A stretch of 64,000 nucleotides of DNA from Bdellovibrionales bacterium (GTDB lineage Bacteria; Bdellovibrionota; Bdellovibrionia; Bdellovibrionales; UBA1609): contig OZ241877.1 in the NCBI GenBank assembly GCA_965203095.1, positions 1,056,001 to 1,120,000 on the forward strand. Reading direction: 5' to 3'. Shown here piece after piece: positions 30,211 to 40,312 of this stretch (position 1 is its first letter; every line of letters starts with the position of its first letter). Under the pieces are notes generated by a model. It searched no databases, had not been told where the DNA came from, and saw only the letters and a program-made list of their open reading frames with translations. Position numbers and translations under genes: made by a program.

Positions 30211-30861
30211 TCAAGAACCGCTGTTTTTGAGACTATTGATGCGAGAGGAGTAATTTTTGCCTTGGAAAATGTAATTTCCAGAGACCAATACATCCACATT
30301 CTGAAGATAGGGGCTGATTTCAGGACGAATACCTCCATCCGCCACAAGTAGAGGGGGAGAGGGAAGGGAATGGATTTTTTCTCTGAGAATATCCGCTTTT
30401 TTTGCCTGTTCCTTTAAAAAAGTTTGCCCACTGGCTCCCGGTTCTACTGTCATAATTAAAATCAAATCCAAATCTTTCAAAAAGGGAAAAAGACTTTGAG
30501 CTGGCGTCTCTGGCCGAATAGCCAACCCGGCTTTAATATTTTGCTTTTGAATAGCACGAAGGATTTTTTGAGGTTTTTGACTAACCTCTAAATGAAAACT
30601 GATATGATCCGCTCCCGCCTGGGCTAAAGGCTCTATTAAATTCTCCGGATGAGATACCATAAGGTGAGCGTCAAAGGGCAACCGGCTATATGGCCTTAAG
30701 TCCTGAAGAGCTTTAGGGCCAAAGCTCAGGTTAGGAACAAAATGAGCATCCATAATGTCCCAATGGATCCAGTCCGCTCCGGCCTTTTCTAAAGCCTTAG
30801 CCTCCTCTCTCCACTGAGAGAAGTCACTGGACAGCAAACTGGGAGCTACTAAAAAAGCCAT
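30211..30861 (-). CDS. rpe: Ribulose-phosphate 3-epimerase
   Basis: APSLLSSDF, HWDIMDAHFVPNLSFG, DAHLMV, MTVEPG, DGGI. Confidence 0.95.
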   Translation of the reverse strand: MAFLVAPSLLSSDFSQWREEAKALEKAGADWIHWDIMDAHFVPNLSFGPKALQDLRPYSRLPFDAHLMVSHPENLIEPLAQAGADHISFHLEVSQKPQKILRAIQKQNIKAGLAIRPETPAQSLFPFLKDLDLILIMTVEPGASGQTFLKEQAKKADILREKIHSLPSPPLLVADGGIRPEISPYLQNVDVLVSGNYIFQGKNYSSRINSLKNSGS

Positions 30862-30864
30862 GAT

Positions 30865-31845
30865 TTACCTTATCCTCCGGCGGACTGCTTTTTTATTTTC
30901 TTTTCCCAAAAGATCTCTTAATTTAATGGGGCAACCTTTTAAAAACTCTTTAATGTTTTGTTTGTTTTTCCCCTCCCTTTGCAGTTCTATAAGGCTTAAA
31001 GCCCCCTTCCCACAAGCTATAAAAAGGGCATCTTTTTTAACAAGGCAGACCTCTCCGGGCGAAAAACCCGGAAAATTTGTGAAGAGAGCCTGGCTTTTAT
31101 AAATTTTGAGTCGCCAGCCTCTCCAAAAAGAAAAGGCCTGAGGCCCTAAAAACAAAGCTCTGATTTTATTATGAAGACTAAGGGATTCCTCTTCCCACAG
31201 GATTTCCCCTTCCTCTTTCTTGATTTTTTTAGCCACTGTTCTTTTTGAGTGATCTTGCGGAAAGGCCTTAAGCTCTCCTTTAAGGTATTTTATCAGTTCG
31301 GATTGCAATAAAAAACGGGCCTCTTTTAGGGCCTTTTCAAAAACATTTCCGGCATGATCACTCTCCTCAATCACAAAACTTCTTTGGCCAATAAGATCCC
31401 CTGTGTCTAAACCTTCTGTCATTATTTGTAAAGATACTCCCGTTTTTTGATCTCCTGCCATTAAGGCTCTTTCCACTGGAGCCGCCCCACGCCATCGAGG
31501 CAGAAGGCTAAAATGCAAATTGATCCCCCCCTTAGGAAAAATCTGAAGATAAGCTAAAGGGAGTATTTGCCCATAAGAACAAACAAAGGAAAAGTCACAT
31601 TTCTTTTGCCTAATTTCATTTAGAAAATGGGGCTTATCTGTTTTTTCCACAGTCCATACTGGAAAAGCCTGTTTTTGAGCGAAAGCCTTAATTAAAGAGC
31701 TTTGTTTTTTTAGCCCGCGACCTCTTAAACTATCGGGCCGAGTGAGCAGACCTTTAAGGCTAAAAGCCGGGCATTTCATCAAAAGCTGAAGGCAGTTTAA
31801 GGCTGGCTCTGAGGTCCCCACAAAAATAAAGGAAAAGTTTTTCAC
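30865..31845 (-). CDS. fmt: Methionyl-tRNA formyltransferase
   Basis: INLHFSLLPRWRGAAPV, GLDTGD. Confidence 0.95.
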   Translation of the reverse strand: MKNFSFIFVGTSEPALNCLQLLMKCPAFSLKGLLTRPDSLRGRGLKKQSSLIKAFAQKQAFPVWTVEKTDKPHFLNEIRQKKCDFSFVCSYGQILPLAYLQIFPKGGINLHFSLLPRWRGAAPVERALMAGDQKTGVSLQIMTEGLDTGDLIGQRSFVIEESDHAGNVFEKALKEARFLLQSELIKYLKGELKAFPQDHSKRTVAKKIKKEEGEILWEEESLSLHNKIRALFLGPQAFSFWRGWRLKIYKSQALFTNFPGFSPGEVCLVKKDALFIACGKGALSLIELQREGKNKQNIKEFLKGCPIKLRDLLGKENKKAVRRRIR

Positions 31846-32441
31846 AAAGGCGGGCCTGCTGGCTGTTCTTCCGGGTAGCCATTTTTTTTAATTTCTTCTT
31901 TCAACTTTTGAGCTTTTATAAAGCTCAAGTGATCGATAAAAAGCCGGCCATTTAAATGATCTATCTCATGTTGCAAGCATATAGATAAAAGCCCATCAGT
32001 TCGAATAAAAATATCTTCTTCCTTTTCGTTCCATGCACGAACTTCTACAATTTCTGCTCTACTGACTTCAGCAAAATAAGAGGGGAAACTCAAGCAACCT
32101 TCGCTAAAAACAACTTTTCCCTCTTTTTTGACTATTTCCGGATTAAACAAAATCAAAGGTTGTGGGATTTGAGCCACCAGCTTTTGGCTTAAAGAATCTG
32201 TAGAATAACGAGGGGGGGGATCAACTTCTTGGTTGTTTAAAAGCTCTGGCCTTGTATCCGCCACTAAAAGCCGAACAGGACGAGCCACTTGAATGGCGGC
32301 CAAGCCCACGCCATTTTGCTTTGACATAGTTTCTAACATATCTTGAGCCAGTTGTTTCAACTCTGGAGTGATTTTTTTAACTACCTGACCTTTATGCCTC
32401 AGGCGGGGGTCGGGAAACCTCAAAACATTTAACAGAGCCAT
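31842..32441 (-). CDS. def: Peptide deformylase
   Basis: GVGLAAIQV, EGCLS, QHEIDHLNG. Confidence 0.96.
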   Translation of the reverse strand: MALLNVLRFPDPRLRHKGQVVKKITPELKQLAQDMLETMSKQNGVGLAAIQVARPVRLLVADTRPELLNNQEVDPPPRYSTDSLSQKLVAQIPQPLILFNPEIVKKEGKVVFSEGCLSFPSYFAEVSRAEIVEVRAWNEKEEDIFIRTDGLLSICLQHEIDHLNGRLFIDHLSFIKAQKLKEEIKKNGYPEEQPAGPPL

Positions 32442-32652
32442 AATTCCCCTCAAAAAATTTTCTAAGAATTTACTGGATTTTTTTCAAAATGTCAATATTG
32501 CCTTTTCTTAACAGGCTTGAAGGAAGGCTCAAAGGTGGTGGGCACGAGCAAAAGAATGATTTTTTTAGTTCAGCTTGAACATTCCGCTAAAATGAGTCAT
32601 AGTTTGATCTTGAGATTGTTTTTAAGCTCTTAATTCCACAAATGGAGGAAAG

Positions 32653-33750
32653 ATGAGCTTTCATGTCGCTTTAGTTGATAAAAGTGAGATCATCAAAAAA
32701 ATGCTCTCACACTGTCTTTATTATTTTTCAGCTGATGTTTTGCGTTTTGATCAGCTAAGGGATATTAAAAACCATTTTTCAGACAAAAATCCAGATATTA
32801 TTTTTATGGATTGGGATGTTGGAGGAGGGGAAGAGGCTGTTTCTTCTGCAATAAATGAAGTTCAACCAACTCCTATGGTTTTGCTTTACCGCTCTGAGGA
32901 CGAAGTGCAGATCTCTTCCACGGCTTTAAACCTGCCTCATAAAATCAAAAAGCCTTTAGACCCTAAAGCAGTGAGGGATGTTTTCACAAAACTTGTGCCT
33001 CAAGCTAAGGACTCCAAAATTCATCCTTTCTTAAAATTCCCTAAAAGTTCAGTAAAAAAAGAATCGGCCCCAACTCAAGAGGCCCCTTCATCCTCTCATT
33101 TGAAAGGAAAACCAGTGGCAGGGGAACAGGACAAAAAAGACATGCAAAAGCCTTTTCCTGAAGTTTCGACAAAGCCGACACCGGCTAAAGAGAGGCTTAG
33201 CCATACCTCATCAGCCATTGCTCCTGAACAACCGGTTAAAAAAACAACAGATGTTCTAAGCCCAATAGCCAATAAAGCTTTTTCTATCCATCGCTCCTCC
33301 CCGCGAGAGAGTGTGGATTTGGCCAACAAAAAAAATCTCTCTGGCAAAAAAATAGATAAAGAAAACATTAACATAGATGAGAACACCCAAAACGATTTAG
33401 CCCCGATGGCCATTAAATCCGAATCTGATCTTAAAAGAGCACAAGATATAAAAAACTGGAAGTTGAGCGAAAAAGACATTTTGCGAGTTTTAAACAAGTA
33501 TAAAGACAGTTTGGAGTTTCAAGAGCTTATGGAAGGGGTATTGAGTGAATATGCCAAAAAGACTGTGACAAATATTCTTCAGGGGGATAAGGTAGTGGAT
33601 CTCCTCCGCCAGCCTTTAAATGAATTTAAAGAAGGAGAAAAATTTAAAGCCTTAGTGGAGAAAGAGATCATTCAATATGTCCGGAAAAATCTCCCTATTT
33701 TGCTTAAAGAAGTTGTGGAGCAGGAGATTAAAAAAATCATTGGAGATTGA
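32653..33750 (+). CDS. romR: RomR-like response regulator (receiver, Pro-rich linker, C-terminal helices)
   Basis: VALVDKSEIIKKM...PDIIFMD...KKPLD; low-complexity linker; LPILLKEVVEQEIKKI; upstream of nadC-like and birA as in deltaproteobacterial romR loci. Confidence 0.6.
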   Translation: MSFHVALVDKSEIIKKMLSHCLYYFSADVLRFDQLRDIKNHFSDKNPDIIFMDWDVGGGEEAVSSAINEVQPTPMVLLYRSEDEVQISSTALNLPHKIKKPLDPKAVRDVFTKLVPQAKDSKIHPFLKFPKSSVKKESAPTQEAPSSSHLKGKPVAGEQDKKDMQKPFPEVSTKPTPAKERLSHTSSAIAPEQPVKKTTDVLSPIANKAFSIHRSSPRESVDLANKKNLSGKKIDKENINIDENTQNDLAPMAIKSESDLKRAQDIKNWKLSEKDILRVLNKYKDSLEFQELMEGVLSEYAKKTVTNILQGDKVVDLLRQPLNEFKEGEKFKALVEKEIIQYVRKNLPILLKEVVEQEIKKIIGD

Positions 33751-34415
33751 ATTTGGAGCCGGTTTTAAGTTTCTCAGCTCATTCTTCAAAAAGTCCACTG
33801 GCTTTTTTTATTCAAGCAGAGCAAGACGGCCTTTTTTTTGGCCGAGATCTTTTAAAGCATTACTTAAAAAACAAAAATGGTCATCTTCCTGATGAAATCA
33901 TAATTTACCCTGAGGAGGCCGGCTGTATTTTTAAAGGTCAAACGATTTTGGCTTATTATGGAGAAGTTTTAAAGCAGAAAACAGCTTTATCCATAGTGAG
34001 TCGTCTTTCTGGAGTTTATACTTTAGTTTCCTGTTTTACTGAGAGAAACTTTGACTTTTCCGTCATGGCATGTGCCTCATCGGATAGTTTTTTTTCTCCC
34101 TGGGAGGAAAAGGCCATCCTCCGGGCCGGGGCCTGTATCCAAAAAAAATCAATAGATAATGTTTGCTTTTACCCTGAAGAGGGCGGGAAAGCTTTAGAAA
34201 GAGGGGACAAGCAAATTGTTTTGAGTAGTTCAAAAATGCCAACAGAAGAGATAAAGAATATTTTAAAGCAAGCCCCTCGATCAACATCTATCAGCTTGCA
34301 AGGTTCTTTTTGGCCTTCAGAATTAGAAGAATTTAGGAATCTCAATTTAAAATCAGTTTATCCTATGGCCTTAAATGGCCTTTTCCCTCTACTACCAATG
34401 AAGATTCGCCCTTAA
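33747..34415 (+). CDS. Degenerate NadC (quinolinate phosphoribosyltransferase)-like protein
   Basis: AEQDGLFFG, ALSIVSRLSGVYT, EKAILRAG; position before birA; TRKT and HR motifs missing; TTG start. Confidence 0.55.
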   Translation: MNLEPVLSFSAHSSKSPLAFFIQAEQDGLFFGRDLLKHYLKNKNGHLPDEIIIYPEEAGCIFKGQTILAYYGEVLKQKTALSIVSRLSGVYTLVSCFTERNFDFSVMACASSDSFFSPWEEKAILRAGACIQKKSIDNVCFYPEEGGKALERGDKQIVLSSSKMPTEEIKNILKQAPRSTSISLQGSFWPSELEEFRNLNLKSVYPMALNGLFPLLPMKIRP

Positions 34416-34993
34416 TGGCAGACAAAAAAATTCTCCTTTGGACAAAAAACTGGCTCAAGCAAAAAAACTATCGGTTTTGTTTTTGTCAGCAAGCCGAAAG
34501 CAGTAATGACTGGGCTAAAGCCTCTGCCTTTAAAAGTCCTGCCTCTCCAGGAATTTTTCTTGTGGCTCAACAGTCTAAAGGACGAGGGCGACAGGGCAAA
34601 TCATGGGAAGACAGCGACTTAATGCTTTCCCTCTTATGGGAGAAGTATTTAAGGGATATTCCAGTAGGAAGTGATACAGCCTTTGCCCTTGATTTGCTGG
34701 AATCTTTAAAAAGAACATGGCCTTTTTTGCCTTTGTCTATTAAAGCTCCTAATGATCTTCTTTTAAAAGGGAAAAAAGCTGGTGGGCTTTTATTAGAATT
34801 GGTGAGCCAAGGCTCTCAAACCGCCCTTGTTTTAGGCTTAGGCTTAAATGTTTTTTCTTGCCCAAAGGCTGTGTCTGGGGCTTGTCTTTCAGATTATGCA
34901 AAAAATATTCATGTCAGAACTTGGGAATTTTTTTTAGAGAATTTGTTTTCCCTTTGGAAAGTAAGAGCTGTGAAAGCCGAACCACTTCTTTAA
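34415..34993 (+). CDS. birA: Biotin-protein ligase (short, no HTH)
   Basis: SSNDWA, AQQSKGRGRQGKSW, IKAPNDLL, KKAGGLLLE, GLGLNV. Confidence 0.85.
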   Translation: MADKKILLWTKNWLKQKNYRFCFCQQAESSNDWAKASAFKSPASPGIFLVAQQSKGRGRQGKSWEDSDLMLSLLWEKYLRDIPVGSDTAFALDLLESLKRTWPFLPLSIKAPNDLLLKGKKAGGLLLELVSQGSQTALVLGLGLNVFSCPKAVSGACLSDYAKNIHVRTWEFFLENLFSLWKVRAVKAEPLL

Positions 34994-34994
34994 T

Positions 34995-36014
34995 TTAAAT
35001 CTCTCTGGGGTCAAAAGCGTCCCTCAGCCCATTTCCTATAAAAGTTAAAGCCAACAGGGTAGAAAAAAGAGCTAAAGAGGGAAAAAGGGCCAACCACCAA
35101 GCTGTGGTAATATGCTTTTCCGCTTGCGAAAGGAGTTCCCCCCAACTGGGAGTGGGGGGCATAAGCCCAAAGCCCAAATAATCTAAAACAGCTAAAGCAC
35201 CTATAAGGCCCGCTAAAGTGAAAGGGGAAAAAGTGATAATGGGGTTTAAACCATTAGGAAAAATATGTTTAAGAATGATTCCCCATTGGCCTCTCCCTAA
35301 AGCCCGGCTGGCCTCTACAAAAGATCTCTTTTTAAGTCGTAAAAATTCCGCTCGCATGTAAAGGGAAATGCTGACCCAACTGAAAAGGCAAAAAACAAAA
35401 ACCATGAAAACAAAACTTCTTCCGATAACTGTAGTGAGAGTAATAAGAACGATGAGGACAGGTAAAGCTTCTATCACTTCTACCAACCGTTGTCCAACTA
35501 TATCCACAAGCCCTCCAAAATAGCCCATGAGGGCACCCAATAAGCTCCCGATAATATAAGAGAAAAGCCATATACAAAAAGCAAACATAATGCCATAGCG
35601 ATAGCCATAGACCAGGCGAGATAAAACATCCCGGCCCCTGTCATCTGTCCCCAACCAATTCAAAGAGCTGGGCGGACTGGGGAATTTTTTAACATTCAAG
35701 TTGCTTTCATAAGGATCCCATGGGACCAGTGGCCACAAAGCCCAGTCCTTTTCATTAAGCTTTAGCTTTTTGTAATCTGTAATGTATTGATCTTTTAAAC
35801 CAAAATTTTCTGGAGGATAGTTTTTAATCACAGGAGCATAAAATGTTCCCTGATGGTATAGGAAAAGAGGTTTGCTATTGGACCAAAACTCAGCAGTTAA
35901 ACTGATGACAAGGAAAAACAAAAGCAACCAAAGGGAAAACCAGCTGGATTTTCTGGATTTAAAAATCCTCCATCTTTTGACTGTTAAAGGATTGGTAATA
36001 AATTTTTCCAACAT
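34995..36014 (-). CDS. yejE: YejE-like peptide ABC transporter permease
   Basis: WLGTDDRGRDVLSRLVYG, MRAEFLRL, LDYLGFG..PPTPSWGELL, GLRDAFDPR; start at MLEKFIT. Confidence 0.85.
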   Translation of the reverse strand: MLEKFITNPLTVKRWRIFKSRKSSWFSLWLLLFFLVISLTAEFWSNSKPLFLYHQGTFYAPVIKNYPPENFGLKDQYITDYKKLKLNEKDWALWPLVPWDPYESNLNVKKFPSPPSSLNWLGTDDRGRDVLSRLVYGYRYGIMFAFCIWLFSYIIGSLLGALMGYFGGLVDIVGQRLVEVIEALPVLIVLITLTTVIGRSFVFMVFVFCLFSWVSISLYMRAEFLRLKKRSFVEASRALGRGQWGIILKHIFPNGLNPIITFSPFTLAGLIGALAVLDYLGFGLMPPTPSWGELLSQAEKHITTAWWLALFPSLALFSTLLALTFIGNGLRDAFDPREI

Positions 36015-36084
36015 ATACGGTGGTTCCAGAATCTTTTTTGTTCCCGCAAAGCTTATTGTTCTCACAAGTTTTCAAAAAAGTCCA

Positions 36085-36238
36085 GTCATTCCCGAATTGA
36101 GTGGGAATCCATAAAGGCCTGCCCTCATGAAAACGGTGGTTCTTCCTGTAAAGCAAGGTTTCTGGATTCCTGCTTTCGTGGGAACCCAAAAGCTTGGGGA
36201 GCTTTTGGGCAAAGCTTTTTAACAAGGTTTTTCACGAG
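36085..36238. repeat. REP/dRS3-like composite repeat cluster
   Basis: GTCATTCCCG...GGGAATCCA at 36085-36111 plus an inverted unit TGGATTCCTGCTTTCGTGGGAA linked to AAAGCTTGGGGAGCTTTT. Confidence 0.8.
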
Positions 36239-36335
36239 TGACTACAACATTAGTGTCCTGTGAAAAAGTCCGCTAAAAAGCTTTTTTTATTGAGCAGACT
36301 TGACAAAAAACAGACTCTTTACATAAATAAAGGAC

Positions 36336-37091
36336 ATGCCCTTTTTCTTGCTTTTGCTATTTTTGTTTGTCGGTTGTGCCCACCACTCAAAACAGCTCAA
36401 AACAGCTCAAAACCCGCAGTTTTATTTAGATAAAGCGATTCATTATAAAAAAAAGGGAGATTATCCTAAAGCCTTAGAGTTTTTAAGGGCATTGAGGAAA
36501 CATTTTTTTTACAGCTCTCTTAACAGCCCGGCTCTTCTTCTGACAGCTGATATTTACTTTGAGCAAGAAAAGTTTTCTCAAGCCGGCAAAACCTACCAAA
36601 AGCATTTAGATATTTACCCTCAAAAGCTCAAAGACTATGCTCTTTACCGTAAAGGCTTGGCGGAAAAAAATCAACTGCCTCAGCGAGTGGATCAGGATCT
36701 GAGCATAGCGGAATCGGCCCTCAAAGCCTTCAATACTCTTTTGCAATCCCCGTCTGATTCCCCTTATAAACAAAAAGCTCTTAAAGAAAAAAAAGAAATT
36801 TTAAACAAAAAAGCTTCGCGAGAGTTAAAAACGGCACTCTTTTTTAAAAAACAGGGCTGGTTGAAGGCCAGCCTTCGGAGAATCCAATATTTTATTGAGC
36901 ATTATCCTCAAAGTCCTCTTTTGCCAAAGGCTCTTCTCACTGGGGCTGAGCTGGCTTATTTTCTCAAAGAAGACCCAAAAAAATGGACAGATCCTCTCAT
37001 TAAAAATCACCCGGAATCCTCAGAGGCAAAGAATATTCCTAAAAGTTGGGAAAAATCCACTCTACAAAAATGGGGAGAAAAATTATTATGA
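36336..37091 (+). CDS. bamD: Outer-membrane assembly lipoprotein BamD
   Basis: Lipobox FVG-C; TPR pattern; RVDQDLS, LPKALL. Confidence 0.75.
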   Translation: MPFFLLLLFLFVGCAHHSKQLKTAQNPQFYLDKAIHYKKKGDYPKALEFLRALRKHFFYSSLNSPALLLTADIYFEQEKFSQAGKTYQKHLDIYPQKLKDYALYRKGLAEKNQLPQRVDQDLSIAESALKAFNTLLQSPSDSPYKQKALKEKKEILNKKASRELKTALFFKKQGWLKASLRRIQYFIEHYPQSPLLPKALLTGAELAYFLKEDPKKWTDPLIKNHPESSEAKNIPKSWEKSTLQKWGEKLL

Positions 37092-37594
37092 AACAAAATA
37101 TTGTTTTTTTAAAAGAAGAGGCCATTCAAAATCTGGTTAAGGGCTTAGCTAAAGAAATTGATCATGATTATAAAACAGAATCAGAGCCTTTGGTTTTGCT
37201 TTGCCCACTTAAAGGTTCTGTATTCTTTTTTTCCGATTTGGTGAGCCACTTAAAAAGCCCCTTAGTTTTGGATTTTATCTCTATTGAAAGCTCAAAAGGG
37301 GATTTTAGCATTTCCAAAGACATTCAACTGCCTATAAAAAATCGCCATGTTTTAATTGTGAAGGAGATTTTAAATGCGGGCCGAAAACTTCTTTTTTTAA
37401 AAAAAAGAATTTTAGCCGCTCAGCCAAAATCAGTTAAAATCGTCACTCTCATTGACAAGCCTTCCCAAAGGGAATTGGATTTGCATCCCGATTATTTTGG
37501 AATGGCTGTAGATGACCGATATATCTTTGGCTATGGGCTGGATCATGAAGAAAAGAAACGGCAGTTAAGGGATATGTATCTTTTTGCTCAATAA
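37088..37594 (+). CDS. hpt: Hypoxanthine phosphoribosyltransferase-like protein
   Basis: LKGSVFFFSDL, LIDKP, DYFG, IFGYGLD; PRPP loop altered to VKEILNAG. Confidence 0.75.
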   Translation: MKQNIVFLKEEAIQNLVKGLAKEIDHDYKTESEPLVLLCPLKGSVFFFSDLVSHLKSPLVLDFISIESSKGDFSISKDIQLPIKNRHVLIVKEILNAGRKLLFLKKRILAAQPKSVKIVTLIDKPSQRELDLHPDYFGMAVDDRYIFGYGLDHEEKKRQLRDMYLFAQ

Positions 37595-37645
37595 TTTTGG
37601 TTTTTCTCCACTTTCTAAAAGTTAAAGGTCTTTTTTGCTAAAAAT

Positions 37646-38455
37646 ATGAAAAAATCGATTTTGTTTTTGGCTTTTTTGGCTTTTTTTGGGAAAAACTCTT
37701 TTGCTGAGAGAAAAAAGATAGAAGCCAACTCCTCTCCCATTCATTCTAAACATTGGTTTTGGCCCTTACCATGGATTAAAGGCAACCCTCTTTTAATTCA
37801 TGATATTTTTATCATTTCTTTTAATTTGGAAAAAAAATTTCCTTCATGGATCGCTTATCATCTTTCGCCAGCTCTGCTTTGGGGGCAAATCAAAGCGGAA
37901 AGGAAATATGTTGCTGATCCTTTATTATTACCTAAGCAGGGTTTAATTTATAAAAATTATAAAGGGTCCAGCCGTTGCGATGGAAAAGGGCCTGGTTATG
38001 ATAAGGGGCATTTGGCCCCATTAGGTTCTTTTAAAGCTTCTCCCTATATCTATCAAGCACAGTATTTGAGCAACATTGTCCCTCAAAGTAGAAATCTCAA
38101 TCAAGGCCCTTGGAGAAAGTTAGAGGAGCGGGTAAGAGATTTTGTGCGAAAAGGGAAGGAATTGAAAATTTTGACCGGCCCCATTTACGGGAAAGAAGGA
38201 AACAAACTTGCCCCTTGTTGGAAATCTGCCCAAGGGAAGTTGCAAGAGATCCCTATTGCCTATTGGAAGGCTGTAGCTTTTAAAACTTCATCTCAAATTC
38301 ATGTTTGTGCTTTTCTCATGCCACAAAAAGCAAAAAAATCAGCTGTTCCCCAAAAATACATCACCGGACTTAAAGAAATAGAGAAAAAAACAGAGCTAAC
38401 TCTTTTATCAAATCAAAAACCCATTCTTCAATCTTGTAAATTTTTATTTCCTTGA
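37646..38455 (+). CDS. Secreted DNA/RNA non-specific endonuclease (NucA/EndoG family)
   Basis: Signal peptide; GYDKGHLAP, SNIVPQ...LNQGPW..LE, TGPIY. Confidence 0.92.
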   Translation: MKKSILFLAFLAFFGKNSFAERKKIEANSSPIHSKHWFWPLPWIKGNPLLIHDIFIISFNLEKKFPSWIAYHLSPALLWGQIKAERKYVADPLLLPKQGLIYKNYKGSSRCDGKGPGYDKGHLAPLGSFKASPYIYQAQYLSNIVPQSRNLNQGPWRKLEERVRDFVRKGKELKILTGPIYGKEGNKLAPCWKSAQGKLQEIPIAYWKAVAFKTSSQIHVCAFLMPQKAKKSAVPQKYITGLKEIEKKTELTLLSNQKPILQSCKFLFP

Positions 38456-38478
38456 AGTTCTTGTTTTTTTATCTATCA

Positions 38479-38970
38479 TTACCACCAATCATAAACAAGA
38501 TCTCTCAAGAGTTGAGCCTCATCGTCTTCTCGTTCAAAAGCCTCTTCAGCTTTTGGATGCCTTCTCAACCAATTTAGAAAAGCAGAACTTTCTTTATCAG
38601 AATAATCACTTATCAAATCAGCTAAAGGATCAGGAGAAATATAAACATAGTTCTCAAAGGCAAGCTCTAATTCTTTGTTATAAAGAGGATTGTCGAAGAG
38701 GCTTTTATAATGGAGTTCGGATTCAGTTGATGAAATAATATATTCTAATTCGTCCTGCAAATGGTCCAGGCTATATACCTCAGCAATGGTAAGCATCTCA
38801 CAGTCTTTTATATTGCTTTTACTGGGTCTATAAATTTCTTTACATATTCTTTTACAGCTATGATTTTCTGCCTCCTCATAACAGTGATTTGCTATGAGAT
38901 TACTGGCTGATACTTCTATTAAAGCCACAGGACTGATTAAAAAAGCGATTAGGACAAAAAAGTTTTTCAT
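38479..38970 (-). CDS. Secreted Cys-rich protein, paralog of 2413-3228
   Basis: Signal peptide; RBS AGGAGG; CKRICKEIY...C and FLNW...EDD pattern shared with 2413-3228. Confidence 0.65.
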   Translation of the reverse strand: MKNFFVLIAFLISPVALIEVSASNLIANHCYEEAENHSCKRICKEIYRPSKSNIKDCEMLTIAEVYSLDHLQDELEYIISSTESELHYKSLFDNPLYNKELELAFENYVYISPDPLADLISDYSDKESSAFLNWLRRHPKAEEAFEREDDEAQLLRDLVYDWW

Positions 38971-39085
38971 AAAACCCTCCTTTATTTTGTAATAATGTTA
39001 GGGAAAAAATATCAACTTCTAAAAATTTAGTCAACAAAAAAATACCTTTTAGTGAATATTCTACAAAAACTTATAATGTCTTAAC

Positions 39086-40180
39086 TTATGAATTTATATT
39101 TTTGAGAAAATCCACCCAAGATTGCTTATAAATATCTACTTTTGCCAAAGCTCCCATACAAAAAATAATTTTGTAAAAATTTTGCATGATTAAGGCTAAA
39201 GAGTTTTTGTGATGAGGGATTTTTATATAAAGATAACTTATTCCTGAAGAGTTTAACAACTTTTTGACAGGGCCTTCCCATTGAGGATAAGTGTTTTTAT
39301 CTATGTCCAAAGCTAAAATTCCAGCTTGATTTTTTTTGGCCATCAGTTCTTCTATCATGGCGTGCCTTAGATCAGGTAAAGTTAAGCTCCTTAAAGCAGG
39401 AGCTAATTTTTCTGTCTCCTGTTTAAAAAGGGATTCTGAGTAGCAAAGCTCCATATAGTGTGCCAACTCGTTTAAACGAGGGTCAAAAGGGATTAGAAAC
39501 AACTCCCTGATCTTGTCAAAATGATGAATAAAAAATTCGATTTGCCGATTAGGGAAATGATTTTCTATCTCTTCATTATGAGCATAGTTTATACCAAAGG
39601 CCCTTAACTGGACTAACCCGCTCAAAGTGAAAAAGGAAAATCGCCCAGGAAGAGAGTCTTTTAGAAAAACAACATTTCCTTCCTGTTTTTGTATCCAACT
39701 TAAAAGAGGGCTTTTGCGGGCTTGGGTAAGAACTGTTATTCTTTTTTTAAAGGAGAGTTTTTTCTTATGATAAATGTTTTGTAAAAAGGATTTGTAAAAT
39801 ATCACCTCTGAAGTGCTTCCACTTTTTGACAAAAACAAAAACCCACAATTCCTCAACTCCTCCTTTGTTTGAGCCAACAGATTGTTTAAATTTTGAGGAT
39901 CCATATCACTTATGAGATAAGCTTTCCCTTTTTTATAAGGGAAAAGGCTCAAAGCGATTTTTGCAGGATGACCTGCACCTCCAAAAGCAAAAATAAAAAC
40001 TTTATTAAAGGATGAGGACAAATCTCTCCATATTTTTTGAGCTTGTTTTAAATTGGTTTTTGAAAATGAAGATAAAGGGCCTTCCCTCTTATATTTTTCT
40101 AAAATAAGGGAATAGAACTCTTTTTCTGATCTCAGAAGAGAGAATTTTGAGGTTTTTATCTGAATATTTTTTGTCCTCAT
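39086..40180 (-). CDS. pgi: Divergent glucose-6-phosphate isomerase-like (SIS) protein
   Basis: FGGA (GIGGS-like), SKSGSTSE, PGRFS, YSESLFK, DLRH. Confidence 0.6.
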   Translation of the reverse strand: MRTKNIQIKTSKFSLLRSEKEFYSLILEKYKREGPLSSFSKTNLKQAQKIWRDLSSSFNKVFIFAFGGAGHPAKIALSLFPYKKGKAYLISDMDPQNLNNLLAQTKEELRNCGFLFLSKSGSTSEVIFYKSFLQNIYHKKKLSFKKRITVLTQARKSPLLSWIQKQEGNVVFLKDSLPGRFSFFTLSGLVQLRAFGINYAHNEEIENHFPNRQIEFFIHHFDKIRELFLIPFDPRLNELAHYMELCYSESLFKQETEKLAPALRSLTLPDLRHAMIEELMAKKNQAGILALDIDKNTYPQWEGPVKKLLNSSGISYLYIKIPHHKNSLALIMQNFYKIIFCMGALAKVDIYKQSWVDFLKNINS

Positions 40181-40312
40181 TTTGTTTAAAACCTAACAGG
40201 ATAGCCAAAGGTCCATGAAAACTCTAATAAAATGGAGCTGGACGGGAAGGCATTGTTAAAAACTTCCAAGACGAGTGGAAAGCTTTGTGGAGTAGCACAT
40301 CCGCTAATGCAG

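Noticed and set aside
32212..32219. G8 tract in def as a phase-variation site
   Set aside because: Short, encodes a Pro run in a loop, and def is normally essential
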